NCBI GenBank assembly: GCA_964449065.1
Contig: CAYVAZ010000009.1
Span: 1 to 37,147, forward strand
DNA length: 37,147 nucleotides
Direction of reading: 5' to 3'
Source: an uncultured bacterium
GTDB lineage: Bacteria > Hinthialibacterota > Hinthialibacteria > Hinthialibacterales > Hinthialibacteraceae
In this document: piece by piece, positions 1 to 9,103 of the stretch
How positions within the stretch are numbered: the stretch's first letter is position 1
Layout: every line of letters begins with the position of its first letter
Translations under genes and position numbers: made by a program
Notes under the pieces: model-generated
Told to the model about the DNA's origin: nothing
Seen by the model: only the letters and a program-made list of their open reading frames with translations
The model's database searches: none

Positions 1-39
1 TGGAAAACATTGCTGGAGCAAATGAAAGAAGACCAATAG
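1..39 (+). CDS. 3' end of an upstream gene (partial)
   Basis: Frame 1 is open from the window edge (WKTLLEQMKEDQ) and stops at TAG 37-39, which is also the first 3 nt of the repeat element end. Too short to assign. Confidence 0.35.
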   Translation, partial: WKTLLEQMKEDQ

Positions 40-94
40 TCTGACAGAGTCCTAAAGTCGGGTTGAATTGGGAGGGCGAGGCTCCCGCCGAGCC
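37..94 (+). repeat. Element B, partial copy: terminal tagtctgac plus REP-like hairpin gggagggcgaggctcccgccgagcc
   Basis: Near-identical to 32823-32880 and to the reverse complement of about 12823-12880. Confidence 0.85.
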
Positions 95-103
95 TGACCG
101 ACC

Positions 104-292
104 GTACAGTTCGGCTGAGGTTCGATAGTCGAGAGCTTGGTGTACCCGCCGGTAATTATAAAATTCAATGTATTCCCTCAGGGTTTGACGTGCCTAGTGG
201 ACCGGATCCGGTGGATTGATGGAAATGGATTCCTGTTTCAGAGAACGCCAGAATCGCTCGAGGTAAATATTGTCCATGCACCGTCCTTTCCC
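104..292 (-). pseudogene. IS3-family transposase (OrfB integrase core) C-terminal remnant
   Basis: Manual minus-strand translation gives GKGRCMDNIYLERFWRSLKQE...H*ARQTLREYIEFYNYRRVHQALDYRTSAELY. This matches the IS3 pattern GKGR-x2-DN-x3-ER-x-W-x-S-x-K-x-E ... FYN-x2-R-x-H-x-AL-x-Y-x-TP. There is an in-frame TAG at 196-194. Confidence 0.85.
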
Positions 293-435
293 AATTCCAC
301 AAATTCTTGCTTCAGAGACATTCGGTCCACCTCTTTCCAAGGCATATTCCGCTCTCCTTTCTGAATCTAAATAAGCCTTTATTTTGTGCTACCTATGTCC
401 CCGAACACCTGTCAATCCTGTCCCCAAACCATACA
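293..435 (-). mobile_element. IS481-family left end with the first ~18 transposase codons
   Basis: Minus strand begins TGT at 435 and has two GGGGACA subrepeats, an AAAGGAG RBS, then ATG at 345 reading MPWKEVDRMSLKQEFVEL, typical of IS481 transposase N-termini (MPWKE...EFV). Confidence 0.75.
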
Positions 436-449
436 CCTTGATAAGGGGG
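436..449. repeat. Half of an element-A-type REP hairpin (ccttgataaggggg)
   Basis: Resembles the ccccccttaacaagggggg hairpin at 32736-32754, with the left C-run cut off at the IS481 terminus. Confidence 0.45.
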
Positions 450-486
450 ACAATGACAGATTCTGTTTATCTAACTCTGAAACGTT

Positions 487-3213
487 CTAAAAGATGCCGT
501 TTACATTGCTGGAACCTTCCCGTTGAATGATATGATAGACGGTGGTTGCGTTTAACCGGATTTCAATATCTTTATTTTGTTTTTCGGTAACCGGTACGGT
601 TTTTGCCGTCGGCATTCCGTTCTCATCAAGAGCGGTTACCGTTTGCCCCGCCATGTTTTTAAGGGTTACCTTGGCTTGTATCTTTTCTACGCCGAAGGGG
701 TAACTTCCCAGATTTTCGATGGCTCCTTCATTGCCTTGGGAAGCGCGAAAGCCGTAGGGGCGTTCATGTGTCATGGCTTGGATTAGGATCTTCTTCGAGG
801 TGGAAAGCGGTTGATTATCCAATGAGATCACCGCGATGGCGGCATATTCGTTACCGCATTCAATCGAAACGTCATTTAGGTCAATCGTTCCACTTTGATT
901 GAGGTACCCGGTTACGGCTTGGCAGCGTGGGGTGTTTATGGTTGCGATTCCATCGCCATACTCCCACTTCAGTTCACCGGTGATGCTGGAGATAGTTTTC
1001 TCGTCGCGGTTTATGTGTTCGGATATATTAACCTGCACGGATTGGTGGGTGTCTTCAGTGAACTCGCGTTCCACCTTACCGACATAAAACGAGAGCGGAT
1101 CAAAGCCTTTGACCCCGGTTTCGATTTCTTGGCCGGGCGGGATATCCGCTTGGCGAAACGCATCAAAGGCTTGCGCCGATGCGCCGCCGGACCCCTTCAT
1201 GGCGAAGAGTTCATCCAAATCCAGTCGCTCGGAAACAACCGGCTTGGCTTCTTGCACATCTCCACGGCGGTAGAGCAGAGCATAGGCGGGGAAGTTGCCC
1301 AAAATGACAGGAGAGGAAAGCGCGAATTTTTCCATACCGGTATCCCAAAAGGCACCGCCCAAGGCGAAGGTGTAGATGGCATCGACTCCCTGCAACGCGC
1401 CATACGCGGAGGCGAGAAAGGCGAAATCGGCGCGGTAAATGTTGGGGTTGGTCCAGCCGATTTCGGATATGGTTTGGGGATAATCCTTTACTTGATAAAA
1501 CTGCAAGGGTAGGCGTTCAGGAACTTTGAGCGCGGATAGATTTTCGAAGGTGTGTCCGGTTCGGACCGCGTAGGAATGACTGCCGTCTTCGCTTTGATGC
1601 GGCCCGCTGAAGTATCCGTGCATGTCGATGACATCGCCAGCGGTGTAGGTGTAGCGTTCCAGCGCGTCGAGCAAGACCGGATCGGTAACATGCCAATTGC
1701 CGGCAGAGACCAGACTCTTGCTGTCCAATTCATCTTTAAAATAGCGGGTTGTTTCTTCATAAAATTTTCGCTGTAGTTCGGTTAAAAACTCAACTTGATC
1801 GCCGGTACGTTTGCGCTTGCCTTCGTTTGCCTGCCGGATGGCGTCGCCGGTCATGTGCCAGGCTTCGTAGAGGGCAAAGTGGTTTTGGCCGCGGTTGTCG
1901 CCTTCTTTAGTTGTGTTGTTCCATGCCAGCAATGTCTCTCTGGTGCTGCCGTATTTATCGAGCAGCCATTCGGAGAAGCGGGATTCCAACTCGTTCCAAT
2001 AATTGGGCGGAATGTTGTTTTTAGAAAAGGTCCAAAAGAAGAAACTGTCTTCGTTGATCATTTCAACAATCGCGACGGCCGGTTCGTTCGCCAAGATTTT
2101 GCCGGTGTAGGGATTTTTAGTGGTCAGCAACTGCTTGGCCCAGGCGTAATAAATTTCCTGCATGCGATCTTCGAAATACAGCAGCGTGAAGGGGCGTTTG
2201 TTGTTGATGCGTTCAAAGCCTTCAAAGCCGTAATGGGGTTGGATATCGAACCAGAGCGGGAAATAGAAACTAAGCGAGGTGTAGATGCCTTCTTCTTTTA
2301 GCGCGTGGATAAAATAAAACAGGTCATCCAGCTTATTGGGATCAACGGATTCCGGGTTGGTGGATTGAAAAAGCGGGCTGTGATAGCGCACCATGTTCAC
2401 GCCCATTTTTGCCAGTTTGCGCGCGAGGTAATCAATCGAGTTGCGGTCCAGTGCGGCGATTCCGCTGGATGCATTCACGCTCCAAAAGCGAACGGGCTCA
2501 CCGTTGCCCAATACGAACTGACCGCCGTCTTTTTTGATGAAACCATGCATCCCCGCTTGCTCTTCATTCAAATGACGCAGATCCAATAACGACTCATCGG
2601 AAAAGGTATCGATGGGTGGTTCCCAAGCAAAATAGCCTTCATCTGCTTGGCCGGATTTTTCATCCGGCTTCAGTTTGCCGCGTGGAACGAAGGGATGCCG
2701 GGTGAGTAGAAAGCAATCGAAACATGCGGTGAGGGCTTCTCCCTGTTCGGCGAGCAATTCCAGTTCGAAGATGGTTTCACCTGCGTCTAACGAGACTTCG
2801 CCGAGATAAACCCAATTGGCGCCCAAATGTTTGCGGATGCTGACGTTGTCCGCCAAGGCGATATCGCGCGGGCAAATATCCCAGGGTTGATCGTCAAAAC
2901 GCCAGCGGAAGGGACCGTGTTTCCAGAATTTGCGTGTCCAAAAGTGGTATTCGCCTGTATCGTGTATTTGGACGTTATACTTCGCGAACGCGGCTTCTCC
3001 CTCGCGGTCACCGGCATTGGTCAGCCATTCACCTTCGGAGAGGAGGCCCCGCTTGTCGCGGAAGGTGCTGGAGGAGAACCAGGTTTCATCGGGGAAATTG
3101 GTTGCGAGCGTATTTTCGCCTTCCCACCAAATGTAGGGTTTTTCTTGGGTGTATGAAACATGAGATATTAATGTAATTGTGACTAACGCTATTGGAAATA
3201 AATAATTGTTCAT
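487..3213 (-). CDS. Secreted glycoside hydrolase, GH-A clan (GH5-like TIM barrel) with N-terminal carbohydrate-binding-like domain
   Basis: 908 aa with signal peptide. LAKMGVNMVRYH strand, INED acid/base motif and ISEIGW nucleophile-like motif. AAAGGA RBS. Confidence 0.7.
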   Translation of the reverse strand: MNNYLFPIALVTITLISHVSYTQEKPYIWWEGENTLATNFPDETWFSSSTFRDKRGLLSEGEWLTNAGDREGEAAFAKYNVQIHDTGEYHFWTRKFWKHGPFRWRFDDQPWDICPRDIALADNVSIRKHLGANWVYLGEVSLDAGETIFELELLAEQGEALTACFDCFLLTRHPFVPRGKLKPDEKSGQADEGYFAWEPPIDTFSDESLLDLRHLNEEQAGMHGFIKKDGGQFVLGNGEPVRFWSVNASSGIAALDRNSIDYLARKLAKMGVNMVRYHSPLFQSTNPESVDPNKLDDLFYFIHALKEEGIYTSLSFYFPLWFDIQPHYGFEGFERINNKRPFTLLYFEDRMQEIYYAWAKQLLTTKNPYTGKILANEPAVAIVEMINEDSFFFWTFSKNNIPPNYWNELESRFSEWLLDKYGSTRETLLAWNNTTKEGDNRGQNHFALYEAWHMTGDAIRQANEGKRKRTGDQVEFLTELQRKFYEETTRYFKDELDSKSLVSAGNWHVTDPVLLDALERYTYTAGDVIDMHGYFSGPHQSEDGSHSYAVRTGHTFENLSALKVPERLPLQFYQVKDYPQTISEIGWTNPNIYRADFAFLASAYGALQGVDAIYTFALGGAFWDTGMEKFALSSPVILGNFPAYALLYRRGDVQEAKPVVSERLDLDELFAMKGSGGASAQAFDAFRQADIPPGQEIETGVKGFDPLSFYVGKVEREFTEDTHQSVQVNISEHINRDEKTISSITGELKWEYGDGIATINTPRCQAVTGYLNQSGTIDLNDVSIECGNEYAAIAVISLDNQPLSTSKKILIQAMTHERPYGFRASQGNEGAIENLGSYPFGVEKIQAKVTLKNMAGQTVTALDENGMPTAKTVPVTEKQNKDIEIRLNATTVYHIIQREGSSNVNGIF

Positions 3214-3427
3214 ATTGCGGGTCCTTTGATGGAGTTTTTATTAATTGTGTCTTGTTTGAGGATGGAGTAAAGGATTGATGGAAAGAGGAAGTCGCTTGCA
3301 CGAATGGCAAGTCAGAACGAGGCAACTCACCTGCCTGCCGGCGAGCTGCCACAAATATTTGTAACGCTAAAAGATTGTCGCGTATGAAACCGTACACGTT
3401 TTTCTTCGACTGCCTTCGGGCGCTACG

Positions 3428-5011
3428 TTATTTTTTGTGCTTCATTTGACTGTGCTTCAATGTCATTTTATGAATCAGCTCGTTGTCTATACTGTGAATT
3501 TCATAGGAGACGGTTGGGTCATCTTTGGTTGTATCAAACTTCAGCAAGCCGAAGGAGCATTTTTCGTTATACCCAAACAAAGACCCATCCATAATGCCGT
3601 GGGTATGGATATTGGTTAAACGCGAGCTTTGAAACTCATACAAATCATATCCATTCTCACGCTTAATCTTCCATGCATCCGAGCGGTGGCGGTCGGCGGA
3701 GATTAAGAATATCCCATCAATCTTGTTTTCTTCGAAGAAAGAGAAGATTTCTTTGCGTTCTTCTTTATGGCCTTGCCAGGGATCAAGGCTGCCCGGTTTG
3801 GCTCCATACGACCACGGTACCGGTGACGCAATCACTTTAAACGTTGCGTCTGAGTTTTTCACCGACTCCTTCAGCCATTTCATTTGGGCATCACCCAACA
3901 TACGGGCGTTTGGTTCTTTCGGGTTCATCTTGTAATAGCGGCTATCAAGCAAAAAGAAATCGACATCGCCCATGGAAAAGGAGAACCAGCATCCCGGCTG
4001 GTCTTTGCCTCCGCCGTAGGATGGGTTCACCCAGTTCTCTTTAAAGAGTTCCCACACGGGAACTTTCCAATCGGGTTCGAATGTTTCGGGACCGCCCCAG
4101 GCATCGTTGGTGGTAAAGTCGTGATCATCCCATACCGCGTTGACGCTGCGGGTGGCGGTGAAGTAGCGGTAATCCTCACCGGATTGACGGCGGTAATAGC
4201 AGTAGCGCTGCACGGCGGGGCGGGTGGGGTTATCGATATACACGTTATCCCCCATAAATAAAAACGCGCGCATGGGGTGGATGTTGATCGTCTTCCACAT
4301 ACGCTCGTATGGCGGGGTGTATCCGGCCCCGCCGCCGAAGGCGATATCGAACTTCGTCTTCGCTCCATTGGATGGGTAGGTTTGAAACGACCATTTGCCT
4401 GCCTGCTTTTCACCGTTGATAAAGATTTCATATCCATAATGAGTATTGGGCTGCAAACCGGTGAGCGGTACTTCGGCGGTATAGTCCCGGTTTTTGTCAG
4501 TACGGACAATATCGGTGGTCATCTTGTTATAAATGTTGGAAACGGGATGATAAATGACTTGCACATCCGCTTCTTTCGCGGTGCGCAGCCATACCTTGGC
4601 GTTGGTTGCGGTGACGCTGCCCAGCATGGGGCCGTGCACAAATATATCCGCATCGCTCAGCCATTCGCTAAACGCGGGATCTTGGTATAGAGGATGCATC
4701 AAATCGCGTGGACCGGCAACAAAGCGTTCTTTCGGCAAGCCGTGTTCAACCGCTTTCATCGCTGTTTCTAACGCTTTATTCATTTCGCCTTTTTGACCGT
4801 GAACAATTGTCATGGCAAAGAGGGATTCCAAATCATTCGGAAAGCGCTCCAAAATGTCATTCAGATCGTTCAACGCTTTTTCGTATTTGCCGTCCACGAT
4901 ATCCGACATCACTTCGCGCACGAATCTTTTGTACTGCTCCTGTGCTAGGATTGTTGGCTGTGTGAATAGTGTGAAAGACAGAAGAATCCCTAAGATCGCT
5001 GCAAAACGCAT
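3428..5011 (-). CDS. Alkaline phosphatase D (PhoD-like) with N-terminal TPR domain
   Basis: GDNVYID, VWDDHD, LLDSR and SADRH metallophosphoesterase motifs; GPMLG purple-acid-phosphatase N-domain; TPR-like helices; Sec-type signal. Start moved to ATG 5011 behind GGAGGA. Confidence 0.85.
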   Translation of the reverse strand: MRFAAILGILLSFTLFTQPTILAQEQYKRFVREVMSDIVDGKYEKALNDLNDILERFPNDLESLFAMTIVHGQKGEMNKALETAMKAVEHGLPKERFVAGPRDLMHPLYQDPAFSEWLSDADIFVHGPMLGSVTATNAKVWLRTAKEADVQVIYHPVSNIYNKMTTDIVRTDKNRDYTAEVPLTGLQPNTHYGYEIFINGEKQAGKWSFQTYPSNGAKTKFDIAFGGGAGYTPPYERMWKTINIHPMRAFLFMGDNVYIDNPTRPAVQRYCYYRRQSGEDYRYFTATRSVNAVWDDHDFTTNDAWGGPETFEPDWKVPVWELFKENWVNPSYGGGKDQPGCWFSFSMGDVDFFLLDSRYYKMNPKEPNARMLGDAQMKWLKESVKNSDATFKVIASPVPWSYGAKPGSLDPWQGHKEERKEIFSFFEENKIDGIFLISADRHRSDAWKIKRENGYDLYEFQSSRLTNIHTHGIMDGSLFGYNEKCSFGLLKFDTTKDDPTVSYEIHSIDNELIHKMTLKHSQMKHKK

Positions 5012-5044
5012 AATATCCTCCAATTAAAATATACCGGTTTTCGT

Positions 5045-5560
5045 TTAGTATAGGATAGATTTCAAAGAGTCTTTAGCCCCAGCTGCGGTTGGTTTGATGA
5101 TCGTGAATCCTTCTGCCGAAGCGGCATCGCATTGGCGGTGATCATCAGAGATAAATATCACATCGGACGATTCGCTTATCCTAAGTATTTGTGCTGCGGA
5201 AAGATGCATGGCATCTCCTGCCCGCAGTGGATATTTCCCCAAAAAATAAACAGTACTTGAATATAGTTCTTGATTGGTCTCAATAAATTGTATCGTATAG
5301 ATACTCTCTTCTAAAAAGGCATTTACATAAGTGAATGCACGTTGTGCTTCCCATGCATTGATTCTCTTTTTCATATTTATTGCAGAACATACTTCTGAAA
5401 TTGCGTGTCTAGCGGTGAAGAGCCTTTTTTGTTTTGAAAAAACAGTATCGTAGAGATAATTAACAAAGTCATCCCCAGGCTCTACACAATACCTTTTTGT
5501 GATGGCAGAGGAATCGATGTAAATGTGGGAAGGTAGCAGGATATCACCTTCCTTCTTCAC
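5045..5560 (-). CDS. vapC: PIN-domain toxin (VapC family)
   Basis: IYIDSSAITKRY..E, EV.SA, LRAGDAMHLSAA and FISDD acidic PIN motifs. Start codon uncertain. Confidence 0.85.
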   Translation of the reverse strand: MKKEGDILLPSHIYIDSSAITKRYCVEPGDDFVNYLYDTVFSKQKRLFTARHAISEVCSAINMKKRINAWEAQRAFTYVNAFLEESIYTIQFIETNQELYSSTVYFLGKYPLRAGDAMHLSAAQILRISESSDVIFISDDHRQCDAASAEGFTIIKPTAAGAKDSLKSILY

Positions 5561-5750
5561 GCATCTGTATAAGGATTTCTGTTAAAGTAGGACCTTTGTC
5601 ATCTTTGTACTTCTCCCGCAGTTCATACACGGATAGTTTTTCATGCGGGCCGAGTTGAGACAAGATCGCGTCGACATCCTCCCGGGTTAGGCGGGAGGTT
5701 TTGAGTTGCGTTGTTTGCGTCTCTGTATTTTGTTTCTCGTTTGCGACCAT
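5544..5750 (-). CDS. Putative antitoxin of the PIN toxin
   Basis: Small gene upstream of and overlapping vapC. The C-terminal LTEILIQMREE resembles VapB toxin-binding tails. ATG 5750 preferred over the 5846 ORF start. Confidence 0.65.
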   Translation of the reverse strand: MVANEKQNTETQTTQLKTSRLTREDVDAILSQLGPHEKLSVYELREKYKDDKGPTLTEILIQMREEGR

Positions 5751-5787
5751 GGTTTTGTTCCGTTCTTTAGGATGGATAACACAATTC

Positions 5788-5811
5788 AATTGTAACATAC
5801 AAATTGTAACA
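5788..5811 (-). promoter_or_regulatory. Tandem AATTGTAACA repeats, a possible promoter/operator of the TA operon
   Basis: 10-bp direct repeat at 5788-5797 and 5802-5811. Each copy reads TGtTACAAT (extended -10) on the minus strand. Confidence 0.45.
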
Positions 5812-5912
5812 CAAAATGATAGGATTTCCATTTGTTTTTGGGACAACCGAATTGCTATTCTTGCCGGTTTTGTTTATGATATCAAAACAGTGCCGATTGA
5901 AAGGAAAGAATT

Positions 5913-7229
5913 ATGAAACGTTTTCTGTTCATTGTAATCACCGCGTTATTTGCTGTACCGGTTTCCACAGCCCAAACCGATTTTTCTCCCAAGCCGAAAG
6001 AGCAGCAGCTCCCCCAAGCGATGCATTCGCAAATGAAAACGCTGCCGTCCATCACCGTCGGTATGGAAGACGCGGATATCATTGGCAAAGACAACCGCGC
6101 TCTACAGGCGGCGGTCGATTACATCGCGAACCTGGGCGGGGGGACTGTCATCATCCAGCCCGGTGAGTATTTGATGAATGACTCACTTCACCTGCGCTCG
6201 AATGTAACCGTGCGCGGCACTGAGGGGCAGACCGTGTTGATCAAATCAGATGCATCTGTTTCACCTTTAGCGCTGGATGGCGACTTTGGTGAAGAACAGA
6301 TCACGGTTGAAAATCCCGAAGGATTTAAAGTCGGTTATGGCGTGGCGATTTGGGATAAAAACGCCGGAGGCTTCCATACCACCGTCGCCCGCATTACCGG
6401 TAAGGACGGTCACACCGTTTCGATCAGCAATCCGCTGATGTCGGATTGTATGGTACACAACGGAGCCGCTGCCGCAACCGTTTTTCCGGTGGTGAGTGGA
6501 TATAATCTTGAGAACGCCAGGATCGAAAACGTAAAGATTATCGGCAACGCGCAGAATAACCCTTACCTTACCGGATGCCGCGGGGCGGGAATTTTTCTCT
6601 ACCGCGGCTTCGGAAGTGAAATCGTCAATTGCGAAGTGATGGACTACCACGGCGACGGCATCAGCTTTCAGCAATCCAACGATGTAACGGTGAAAGACTG
6701 CAAAAGTCTTAACAACACCCACTTGGGATTGCATCCCGGCAGCGGCTCGCAGCGCCCCAACATTAGCAACTGTATCGCGCGGAACAACGGCAGCGACGGC
6801 CTCTTTTTATGCTGGCGGGTGCGGCACGGCGTTTTCAGCAAAAATCTGCTGGAAGGCAACGGCCGCTTTGGCATCTCCATCGGGCATAAAGATACCGACA
6901 ACCTGTTGCAGGAAAATATCGTGCGCAGCAACGATAACGCGGGTGTGTTTTTCCGTAATGAAACGCTGGGGATGGCGGGGCACCGCAACGCCTTGATCGG
7001 CAATATCATCGAAAACAATGGAGTCAAAGAGGGCGGGGAAGGCATCCGCGTCCGCGGCGAAACCAACGGGCTGGTCTTCAAGAACAACATCATCCGCGAC
7101 ACCCGGCCGGAACACAAAACGCAAACAGTCGGCATCCGCATCGAAGACAGCGCCGGAGACATCGTGCTGGAAGGCAATCAGATTGAAGCCAAGACGAAGA
7201 TTGAGGATTTGCGGAGGAATAATAATTAA
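5913..7229 (+). CDS. Secreted right-handed parallel beta-helix protein (pectate-lyase-like fold)
   Basis: Signal peptide, ALQAAVD..GGGTVIIQPGEY cap, repeated N-x-I-x-x-N...DGI coils, AAAGGA RBS. Confidence 0.85.
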   Translation: MKRFLFIVITALFAVPVSTAQTDFSPKPKEQQLPQAMHSQMKTLPSITVGMEDADIIGKDNRALQAAVDYIANLGGGTVIIQPGEYLMNDSLHLRSNVTVRGTEGQTVLIKSDASVSPLALDGDFGEEQITVENPEGFKVGYGVAIWDKNAGGFHTTVARITGKDGHTVSISNPLMSDCMVHNGAAAATVFPVVSGYNLENARIENVKIIGNAQNNPYLTGCRGAGIFLYRGFGSEIVNCEVMDYHGDGISFQQSNDVTVKDCKSLNNTHLGLHPGSGSQRPNISNCIARNNGSDGLFLCWRVRHGVFSKNLLEGNGRFGISIGHKDTDNLLQENIVRSNDNAGVFFRNETLGMAGHRNALIGNIIENNGVKEGGEGIRVRGETNGLVFKNNIIRDTRPEHKTQTVGIRIEDSAGDIVLEGNQIEAKTKIEDLRRNNN

Positions 7230-9103
7230 TTGCTGACAGTACTGGCTGTGGCAAGTAAATCTTTTAATGCTTCAGTCTGTATAAAAGGAGCTTGCGCACG
7301 AACGGTTTCATTGCCCAAATCACATAATAAATCGCCTTTGCCAAGGAGATTCTGACCGCCCGATTGATCCAATATGATTTCTGAATTCTTTTGGGTATTG
7401 ACACGCATACATATTTTTAATGGAAGATTGGCCTTGATCAAACCGGTAACGATTTTCGCTTCCGGTCTTTGTGTGGCTAAGACAAGATGAATACCCGCGG
7501 CCCGCCCTTTTTGCGCGATTTTGGCAATCAATGATTCAAACTCTTTCTTTTGATCTTTGTCCGATAGAATCAAATCGCCAAATTCATCCACAAAAATCAC
7601 CAAGAAAGGTATGTCCGTTTTCCCATCCGAAAAACGGTCTTTTAATTGGTCATACTTTTCATCAGACAACTGCTGATACCGGCGGTTCATTTCAACAACA
7701 GCCTCTTGTAAACTCTCAATCGCTTCTTCTATGTTTGTGATAATTGGTTTAGACAAATGAGGAATCGATTCAAACACATTGAAGGACAGAATTTTTGGAT
7801 CGATCAAGATAAATTGAATTGCCGATTGAGTGTTTCGTTTGATTAAAGAATAAATCATCGATTTCAAAAACTCACTTTTCCCGCTGCCTGTCATACCGGC
7901 CACCAATGCATGGCAAGTGTTGGTCTCCGCCAAATCCGCCAGGATGAGTTTGTTGTTGATACCGATACCGATAGGGAATACAAGCGGACTATCCGATTCT
8001 TGAAACTCAGGCTTATTCAAAACATCCAGCAGGTTTACGGTTTCCGAATTTTCTTTGGGAATATCGACCGCAACATACCCTTGTTGCGGATGCACATGCG
8101 GTGCTTGGGGGAGTTCTAATTGCACCATTAAATCATCCGCCCTACCTGCCAATGAGACAGATTTAACCCCGCTCCCCGGTTTTAATTGAAAGCGTATGAG
8201 TTGGGGGGCTTCGATGGCTCCAATTACGTCCACATCGATTTTGAATGAAGAGTAGCAATCCTTAATTTTGTGAGAAAGTAATTCGATATAAGCCATTTCT
8301 TCTTTCGGTGGATTAGGAACCGTATCTGCTTCCTCTTTTTTTCCCGATGTTGGTTCGGGTTTCTTTGGGTGTTCAGTCAACAGATATCGTATGGTGGGTA
8401 CAACTTTAGTATTATACAATTCATCCAACTCGGTTAAATCCACTTTCATAGTTTCCAGTTCCGGATTGTAATACTCTATCAGCCCATGAAAAGAAAGACC
8501 GGGTTTGGTGAGTTTTAAAAGTTGTGAGTAAATAGCGACTTGTAGCAAATCCTGCTCCCGGTTTTCGCCTTTGGTTAGTTTGTAGTCAACCACTTCCAAT
8601 TCATGGTTGGGAAGGCTTCGAATGGCATCCACTCTCCCGGAGACACGCAGAATTCCTTCTTCAAATTCCAACACGACGTTCTCAATTTTAAATTCCTGCA
8701 CGATGAAGATTTGATTCCAATGGTTGAAATCTTGAACCTCATTTTGCAGCGTTTCCAAATTATGACAGAACGTTTTCAGGCATTTCACTAAATGCGCGAC
8801 GGTGTCTGGATTATGATTGCCTTCTAACAATTGGTTCACGTGTGTGCCCGCACTTTGCTCCCAAAGAGTAAGCCATAGATCGTTATACGAAAACGGTATA
8901 TTCTTTTGATCCTTCGGAAAATGAAATAGCCAATTCACAAACTCATCAACGATTTGATGAAACCGCAAGCCATGGACCGGCTGTGACGATTTTCCGGGTA
9001 GAGAAAATGTGGGTGGGTTCTCACCCCGCAACCACCGCTCGCGCCACTTTTCATCTTGGCACGCGCATTTGAGCTGGGTGACGTTGATCGTTAACTCAGC
9101 CAT
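7226..9103 (-). CDS. PD-(D/E)xK (AddB/Cas4-like) nuclease fused to an FtsK/SpoIIIE DNA translocase motor
   Basis: N-part: HG..FH, QEF, GRVDAI...VVDYK, QVAIY. C-part: HALVAGMTGSGKS, ILIDPK, EMNRRY, IFVDEFGDL, KGRAAGIHLVLATQRP, LLGKGDLL. Confidence 0.9.
   Translation of the reverse strand: MAELTINVTQLKCACQDEKWRERWLRGENPPTFSLPGKSSQPVHGLRFHQIVDEFVNWLFHFPKDQKNIPFSYNDLWLTLWEQSAGTHVNQLLEGNHNPDTVAHLVKCLKTFCHNLETLQNEVQDFNHWNQIFIVQEFKIENVVLEFEEGILRVSGRVDAIRSLPNHELEVVDYKLTKGENREQDLLQVAIYSQLLKLTKPGLSFHGLIEYYNPELETMKVDLTELDELYNTKVVPTIRYLLTEHPKKPEPTSGKKEEADTVPNPPKEEMAYIELLSHKIKDCYSSFKIDVDVIGAIEAPQLIRFQLKPGSGVKSVSLAGRADDLMVQLELPQAPHVHPQQGYVAVDIPKENSETVNLLDVLNKPEFQESDSPLVFPIGIGINNKLILADLAETNTCHALVAGMTGSGKSEFLKSMIYSLIKRNTQSAIQFILIDPKILSFNVFESIPHLSKPIITNIEEAIESLQEAVVEMNRRYQQLSDEKYDQLKDRFSDGKTDIPFLVIFVDEFGDLILSDKDQKKEFESLIAKIAQKGRAAGIHLVLATQRPEAKIVTGLIKANLPLKICMRVNTQKNSEIILDQSGGQNLLGKGDLLCDLGNETVRAQAPFIQTEALKDLLATASTVSN

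Noticed and set aside
137..364. 75-aa plus-strand ORF
   Set aside because: It is the antisense shadow of the IS3 and IS481 fragments on the minus strand.
3321..3331. 11-mer ggcaactcacc also present, inverted, in the 34824 terminator
   Set aside because: Short, in opposite orientation relative to transcription and in a different structural role; likely chance.
7226..9103. Housekeeping ftsK, conjugative coupling protein or type VII secretion ATPase
   Set aside because: No TM or gamma domain, a single ATPase domain, and no relaxase, integrase or WXG100 genes nearby.
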